Virus record (IMG/VR): IMGVR_UViG_3300045988_163643
Location: 96,001-160,000 of that record
Length of the DNA stretch: 64,000 bases
Strand: one strand, 5' to 3'
Origin: a virus
The notes under the pieces are model-generated. The model ran no database searches, was not told where the DNA came from, and saw nothing but the letters and a program-made list of their open reading frames with translations. Position numbers and translations under genes: made by a program. Shown here piece after piece: positions 57,788 through 64,000 of this stretch. Position 1 is the first letter of the stretch. Each line of letters begins with the position of its first letter.

Positions 57788-59473
57788 ATGAAAATAAGAG
57801 GTGCTAAAGATTCATACAATCTAATATTAAGTAAAATGAATGGAAAAAAATTAGGTATCATACCTTGTTCTATTATAGAAAGTATGCAAAAGGGTGTTAA
57901 AACTGTTAGTGAATTTACATTTTCAGTTAATAAATATTATGGTGAAAATAATGAAATAAATCCTCTGTACGATGAACTTAAAACAGAAAGATTTATATTT
58001 TTAGATGAAGATGAATGTTATGTAATAAAAAATATAAGTGAAGAAAATGAGAAGAAAAAAACTATAACAGCTTATTCGAGAGAAAAAAAATTATTTAAAA
58101 ATATAGCAGAATTTGAGGATATTACACTAACATTAAAAACTCCATATGCTGATATAGAAGGTTGTTTTAGTTTAGATGAATTATTATATGATGCAACTGG
58201 TTGGCATGTTGGATATGTAAGTCCTAAAGTTTTATATAAATCAAAAGAAACAATATTGGATAATGTTACAGGGGAAATAATAGTAGAATTGACAAAGGAA
58301 GAAAAATTAAGATACCAAGAAAGCGTATCATCAAATTGGTATGATTTTATTAATGATGATATATCAGAACAATTTGAATGTTTTCCTGTATTTAACAGCT
58401 ATGATAAAACAGTTGATTTATATGATGATGAAGAATTAGGTAATGACCCTAATTTAATGTTGTCTTATGACAATTATCTTAAGAGTATGGAAAAAGAAGA
58501 TGATACAGAAGATATTACAACTGTATTAATATTATCAGGAAATGATGATTTAACTATAAGTGAAGTTAATCCTAGTGGTGATACTTATGTGGAAAATTTT
58601 TCATATTTTATGGAAAATGAAGAAATGAGTACTGAATTAATAAATGCATTAAATAAATATTATCAAATGGTAAATGTAAGAGCAGTAACATGGAATCAAT
58701 TGAGAACAGAAAAAGAAGAAAAAACTGCTACATTAACACAGAAGAAAAATAGATTATTAATAGTTTATGCACAAATGAAATCTATTGAATTTACTATGAA
58801 ACAAACTACTGATGAAAAGTTTAATGCTCAACAACAAGAAAGATTAGTAAAACTAAATGATGAAAAAGTATTATTAGAAAAAGAAGTAACGGAATTAGAT
58901 GAAAACATTAGAAATATAGATGCTTCAATAGAAAATATAAATAAATTATGTAAGAAAAAATATGCAACTGATGAAAATGGTGTATTGATATTTACCGAGA
59001 GTTTATTGAATGAATTAAAAGATTTTATATATCAGGATACTTATAGTAATGATTCTATTACAGATGGATTAACCTTAATGAGAATAGGTAAAAAACAATT
59101 AAAAGAAAGTTGTTATCCTACTAAAACTTGGACTATTGATTCTGTTAATTTTATTGAAAAATTAATTGATAATGGTTTTAGACAACATTGGAATGGAGAA
59201 TTAGGCTTAGGAGATATGATAGTATTAAAAGGTGAAGAAACGATTGAAGTTGTATATTTAATAAATTATACACAAAATTTTAAAGATAAAACAATCGAAT
59301 TACAATTATCTAATAAAAAAGATGAAAATACATTTTCACTATCAATAGGTGAGAGATTAACACAAGGTAAAGAGGCTTATGAAATAGCTAAAAAAAGTAG
59401 AAGTACTATTAATAGAGTAAATAAGAATAGAGTAGGACTTAATTATGACAAGATTAATAAAAAAATTTTATAG
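57788..59473 (+). CDS. tail-associated (Tal/baseplate hub)-like protein
   Basis: 561-aa ORF after Dit with a central coiled coil; assigned by position. Confidence 0.5.
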   Translation: MKIRGAKDSYNLILSKMNGKKLGIIPCSIIESMQKGVKTVSEFTFSVNKYYGENNEINPLYDELKTERFIFLDEDECYVIKNISEENEKKKTITAYSREKKLFKNIAEFEDITLTLKTPYADIEGCFSLDELLYDATGWHVGYVSPKVLYKSKETILDNVTGEIIVELTKEEKLRYQESVSSNWYDFINDDISEQFECFPVFNSYDKTVDLYDDEELGNDPNLMLSYDNYLKSMEKEDDTEDITTVLILSGNDDLTISEVNPSGDTYVENFSYFMENEEMSTELINALNKYYQMVNVRAVTWNQLRTEKEEKTATLTQKKNRLLIVYAQMKSIEFTMKQTTDEKFNAQQQERLVKLNDEKVLLEKEVTELDENIRNIDASIENINKLCKKKYATDENGVLIFTESLLNELKDFIYQDTYSNDSITDGLTLMRIGKKQLKESCYPTKTWTIDSVNFIEKLIDNGFRQHWNGELGLGDMIVLKGEETIEVVYLINYTQNFKDKTIELQLSNKKDENTFSLSIGERLTQGKEAYEIAKKSRSTINRVNKNRVGLNYDKINKKIL

Positions 59474-59488
59474 GAAGGAGTTGGTTTA

Positions 59489-62400
59489 ATGTTATTACCT
59501 AACATTCCTGCAACGACATATATATCTTGGACTGGATTAGTAATAATTGATAAATCAGATAATACACCATACATAGTAAATGATGGTAAATCTTGTATGA
59601 AGTATATATATTGGGATATGAATGATAATCCATATGTATTAAAAGAAAGTAATGAATGGATAAAAGAAACAGCAACTAAAAAAATGATATATATAAATGA
59701 AAATGGTATAGGAACACAAGTTCCCCATGATGATTATGATATTTATTATAATGATACTGGTAATGGAAGTTCTTCTCAATTAACAGGTGAAGCATTAGGT
59801 AAATATAATGAATTAAATGGAAAATATATGACAATAAAAGAAGATGTAGATGGGATTAAACAAGTATTAGGTTCTACTGAAAGTGGTTCAGGTTCTTTAG
59901 TTGAAAGGGTTAATAAAATAGAAAAAACTGCTGAAGAAACTAAAGAAACAATATCCACTGTTGAAAAAAACTTTAGTAATAACAAAGAGTTAGAAGAATT
60001 AAGAAATAATATAAACGTTTCAATGATAAATTTAGGTGAAACATTAGCTCAATATGAAGAATTGATAACAAAAGTATCAGAAGATATGGAGGTTTCATCT
60101 GATGAAAAAATAGATATATCAGCTATACAAAACCAATTACTAGATAATTATACTGTTATGTCACAATATCATCAAGTTTTAATTGAAAGATTAAAAAGTT
60201 CAGAGGAAGATAATACCGATACAATAAATAATTTAAATAAAAATTTAGATGCATTAAATACTTCTATTAATAATTTAAATTCATTAGTTAATGATTCTAT
60301 AAGTGATAATACAATAGTTCCTAGTGAAATTACTACTATGTTAAATGCAATAGCTAATGTGGCTGTAAAAAATACTCAATATAAAAATGCAGTATCAGAT
60401 GCAATATTATTAGGTATAGGTGGTAAATTAGTAGAAAGTATTTTAGACATAAGAAAAACTTCTAATAATTTTAGTCAAACAATATCTAAAATGGAAGAAG
60501 ATATTGATGGTGAAACTGGCTTAAAAGTTTTAGTTCAAAAAAATGCTACTGCAATTAAACAAACTGCTGATAACCTAATATTGAATTATGTTAAGTATAA
60601 TGAAACTACTTCTCAATTAACTATTGGAGATAATGTAATTAAATTAGATGCAGGTAAAGTATTAATGACAGGAACATTAACTTGGGATAGTTTGGACGAT
60701 TCAGCTAAAAAGAACTTAAAAGGTGAAGCAGGTTCTGCTCAATATGTAATGTTAGTTGGAGACCAAATATTTAAATACGATAAAGATGGAAATCCTAATG
60801 TTTCAGCAATAACTTTAAATGTTCAAGTATCCAATATACAAAATCCTGTATTCGACTGGTATTATAGAGATGCTAAAGTATCTAGTGAATGGACAAATAT
60901 ACCTAGCAATTCTAACTTAAGTTCATTTATATTAAAACATGATGACCCAATATGGGGAAATAATTCAAATTCTATCACTATAAAAGTGGTATGTGGTGAC
61001 TACACAGATGAAATGACTATTGTAAAATTACACGATGGTGTAATTGGTGAAGATGCTAAATCAGTATCAATTAATGGTAACCAATTATTTAGATACAAAG
61101 GTGGCTTTACAGAAACTCCAAATCCAACTTCAATTACTTTAACAGCCACTAGAAATAATATATCAGCTGATAAAACTTCAAGATGGTATTATAGGATTTC
61201 TGAAAGCGATGATTGGACTGAAATAACTTCATCAAAAAACGCAAATACTTTAATAGTAAATCATGATAGTTATTTTGGTGATTCAAAAATATTAATGATA
61301 AGATATGAAGTAGAAACTTATTATGATATTATGACATTAGCAAAAATCACTGATGGTGCAGATGGATATGCAGTATTGTTAACTAATGAAAATCATAGTG
61401 TTCCTTGTGATGAAAATGGTAATTATACATTTGAAGCTATAAGTACTGCTTATACCTATGTAAAAGTTTATAAAGGATTATCGGAAGTTACTTCATTTAA
61501 TTTAGAGAGAATAGATGATGGTTGTACTTCTGTTTATAGTAATGGAACAAGAAGATTAGATGTAACTTCATTATCTAAAAATATAGCTACTGTTACATTA
61601 AATATAACAGTAGATGGAAATACCTTCCAAAAAGTAATGACTATAACTAAATCAATTAAGGGAGAAAAAGGTGAAGAGGGTACAGGTGTTAATATAATTG
61701 GTAAACTAGAAAATAAAGACCAATTACCTGCAACTGGTAAACCTGGAGATGCTTATGTTATAGATGGTTTATTATATGTTTGGTTAGAAGAAAATAATGG
61801 TTGGTCAGATGGTGTACCTTTTAGAGGAGAACAAGGTATCCCAGGTAAAAATGGTACTGACGGAAGAACCACTTATTTACATATAAAATACAGTAATGAT
61901 GGTAAAACATTTACAAATAATAATGGAGAAGATACTGGAGATTGGATAGGGCAATATACTGATTACATTGAAACTGATTCAACTAATTTTGCTGATTATA
62001 AATGGAAAAAAATAAAAGGTGAAGATGGAGAAAAAGGTATAGTTGCAAATTTAACTAATGATACTCATATAGTACCTATTGAATCTGATGGTACTTTTGG
62101 AGAAGATTCTTTTAAAGGTTGTTCTACTAAGATAACTTTATCTTATGTTGGACAAGAATTAATCAATGGAGTTTCATATAGTGCTAAACCTAATAGCGAT
62201 ATAGAAGGTACTTTAGATACAAAAACAGGGACTTATACAGTTACAAATTGGACAGGAGAAGCGAAAGGTACTTATGTTGATTTAATAGCTATTTATGATG
62301 GAGTATCATATACAAAAAGATTTACAATTAACAGAGCAAAAAATCCTTTAGATGCGTATACTGTTGTATTAACAAATGAAGCACATATATTTCCTGGTGA

Positions 62401-64000
62401 TATTTCTAATGCTTTAGCAAGTTTTACTACTTGTGATGTCTTAGTATATAGAGGAGACCAATTAGTTAAGGCTACTATTGGAACAATAGAAAACATACCT
62501 AAAGGAATGACAATCACTATTGATAATAACAATACAATTACTCCTACTTTGAATATAAATGTTAATACTAACTTAACTGAAAACGGTGAATTAAGTATAC
62601 CTATTACAGTTGGATTATTAAAGTTTACTAAAACATTTACTTATTCAATATCTTTTAAAGGTATGCAAGGAATTCCAGGTACTCCTGGTAAAGATGGTAA
62701 AGATGGGAATTCAGTAAGAGTATTGGGAAGATATGATAGTAAAGAACAATTAGATTCTACTCATCCTACTGGAAACGAAAATGGTGACGGATATATAATT
62801 GACAAAGATTTATGGGTATGGACAGAAAATCAATTTATAAATGTTGGTCAATTCCAAGGTGAAGATGGTACATCTACATATGTACATATTAGATATTCTA
62901 ATGATGGAGTAACCTTTACTGGCAGTAATGGTGAAGAAGTTGGTACTTGGATGGGTATGTATGTAGATAATATTGAAGAAGATTCAACAGTATTTTCAAA
63001 ATATAAATGGAAAAAAATAGAAGGTTCGGATGCTAAATTATTATCATTATCTGCAAGTAGACAAACAATAGCTTTTAATAGTGATAATACATTAAAAGAT
63101 AATGCTGAAATAGTATTAACTGCTAATCAACAAAATTTTAATGATGTTATAACATGGTCTACAAGTCCTAATGTAGAATTAGGTAGTAGTGGTAATAATA
63201 GAACATTGAATCCAACAATATTTACAAATAATAATCAAATAAAGATAACAGTAACTGGTGGAGGTTTAACTGATAGTATTACAATAGTAAAAGTATTAGA
63301 TGGACAAAAAGGTTCAGATGGTACTTCAGTTAAAATATTAGATTCTTATAATAGTAAAGAAGAATTAGACCAAGCTCATCCTGATGGAAATGAAAATGGT
63401 GACGGATATATAATTGATAAAGATTTATGGGTGTGGAATGGTAATGAATTCATAAACGTTGGTCAAATAAAAGGAAATGATGGACAAAACGGTCAAGATG
63501 GTCTAAACGGTACTTCAGCTTATATACATATAAAATATTCTAATGATGGTGGTGTAACATTTACTAATAATAATGGTGAAGATGCTGGAGATTATATGGG
63601 TGTATATACAGATGAGATTAAAGCAGATAGTACAAATCCTTCTGATTACACTTGGAGTTTGACTAAAGGTAATGATGGTTGGGATGCTTATACTGTCTTG
63701 CTAACAAATGAATCTCATACATTTGCAGGTAATTCATCAACTGCCCTAGTTGGTTCTGCAAACTGTGGTATTATAGGTTATAAAGGTGGTACTCAAGTAG
63801 CTACAACAATAGGCAATATTACAGGAATGCCAAAAGGTATGAGCGTATCAATAACAAATAATAGTACGACAAATGCTTATTTTATAGTTACAGTATCCAA
63901 CAGTATGTCAACAAAAAATGGTACATTAACAATTCCTATTACAATTGATGGGATAACATTTACAAAAAAATTCACTTATGCTTTATCATTAAAAGGTGAA
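59489..64000 (+). CDS. giant tail fibre / host-recognition protein, partial (runs off the window end)
   Basis: ATG 59489 after AGGAAGGAG; frame open to the window edge, so absent from the ORF track; three repeats of G-X-Y runs followed by Y(L/V/I)HI(K/R)YSNDG..FT..NGE motifs. Confidence 0.7.
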   Translation, partial: MLLPNIPATTYISWTGLVIIDKSDNTPYIVNDGKSCMKYIYWDMNDNPYVLKESNEWIKETATKKMIYINENGIGTQVPHDDYDIYYNDTGNGSSSQLTGEALGKYNELNGKYMTIKEDVDGIKQVLGSTESGSGSLVERVNKIEKTAEETKETISTVEKNFSNNKELEELRNNINVSMINLGETLAQYEELITKVSEDMEVSSDEKIDISAIQNQLLDNYTVMSQYHQVLIERLKSSEEDNTDTINNLNKNLDALNTSINNLNSLVNDSISDNTIVPSEITTMLNAIANVAVKNTQYKNAVSDAILLGIGGKLVESILDIRKTSNNFSQTISKMEEDIDGETGLKVLVQKNATAIKQTADNLILNYVKYNETTSQLTIGDNVIKLDAGKVLMTGTLTWDSLDDSAKKNLKGEAGSAQYVMLVGDQIFKYDKDGNPNVSAITLNVQVSNIQNPVFDWYYRDAKVSSEWTNIPSNSNLSSFILKHDDPIWGNNSNSITIKVVCGDYTDEMTIVKLHDGVIGEDAKSVSINGNQLFRYKGGFTETPNPTSITLTATRNNISADKTSRWYYRISESDDWTEITSSKNANTLIVNHDSYFGDSKILMIRYEVETYYDIMTLAKITDGADGYAVLLTNENHSVPCDENGNYTFEAISTAYTYVKVYKGLSEVTSFNLERIDDGCTSVYSNGTRRLDVTSLSKNIATVTLNITVDGNTFQKVMTITKSIKGEKGEEGTGVNIIGKLENKDQLPATGKPGDAYVIDGLLYVWLEENNGWSDGVPFRGEQGIPGKNGTDGRTTYLHIKYSNDGKTFTNNNGEDTGDWIGQYTDYIETDSTNFADYKWKKIKGEDGEKGIVANLTNDTHIVPIESDGTFGEDSFKGCSTKITLSYVGQELINGVSYSAKPNSDIEGTLDTKTGTYTVTNWTGEAKGTYVDLIAIYDGVSYTKRFTINRAKNPLDAYTVVLTNEAHIFPGDISNALASFTTCDVLVYRGDQLVKATIGTIENIPKGMTITIDNNNTITPTLNINVNTNLTENGELSIPITVGLLKFTKTFTYSISFKGMQGIPGTPGKDGKDGNSVRVLGRYDSKEQLDSTHPTGNENGDGYIIDKDLWVWTENQFINVGQFQGEDGTSTYVHIRYSNDGVTFTGSNGEEVGTWMGMYVDNIEEDSTVFSKYKWKKIEGSDAKLLSLSASRQTIAFNSDNTLKDNAEIVLTANQQNFNDVITWSTSPNVELGSSGNNRTLNPTIFTNNNQIKITVTGGGLTDSITIVKVLDGQKGSDGTSVKILDSYNSKEELDQAHPDGNENGDGYIIDKDLWVWNGNEFINVGQIKGNDGQNGQDGLNGTSAYIHIKYSNDGGVTFTNNNGEDAGDYMGVYTDEIKADSTNPSDYTWSLTKGNDGWDAYTVLLTNESHTFAGNSSTALVGSANCGIIGYKGGTQVATTIGNITGMPKGMSVSITNNSTTNAYFIVTVSNSMSTKNGTLTIPITIDGITFTKKFTYALSLKGE

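Overview
Very AT-rich, low-GC Firmicutes-type (Clostridium-like) tailed-phage genome segment with siphovirus-like gene order. Left to right: small early-type genes; a solo IS200/IS605-type tnpB with a downstream omega-RNA-like region; a minus-strand tail-fibre cassette (LamG and Hep/Hag-like repeat proteins); a RecD-like SF1 helicase; a gene flanked by iteron-like repeats; a minus-strand lysis cassette (signal-peptide GH73 and GH25 hydrolases plus a membrane protein); a regulatory block (sigma-like protein, HU-like protein with a giant acidic tail); a 613-nt non-coding island with four paralogous structured RNA modules upstream of a 701-aa TerD-domain protein and a metallophosphoesterase; then the morphogenesis module (terS, terL, portal, scaffold, capsid, connectors, major tail, chaperones, tape measure, Dit, Tal, giant fibre). 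The morphogenesis genes are interrupted by ten group-I-type introns in two sequence families, four carrying homing endonucleases of one modular family. Removing them restores every reading frame, including a 4,383-aa tape measure. A conserved promoter, TTGACTTTTAATA-N9-TAGTATAAT, recurs at least 11 times, including inside introns. All calls come from reading the sequence by eye; no database search or folding program was run.
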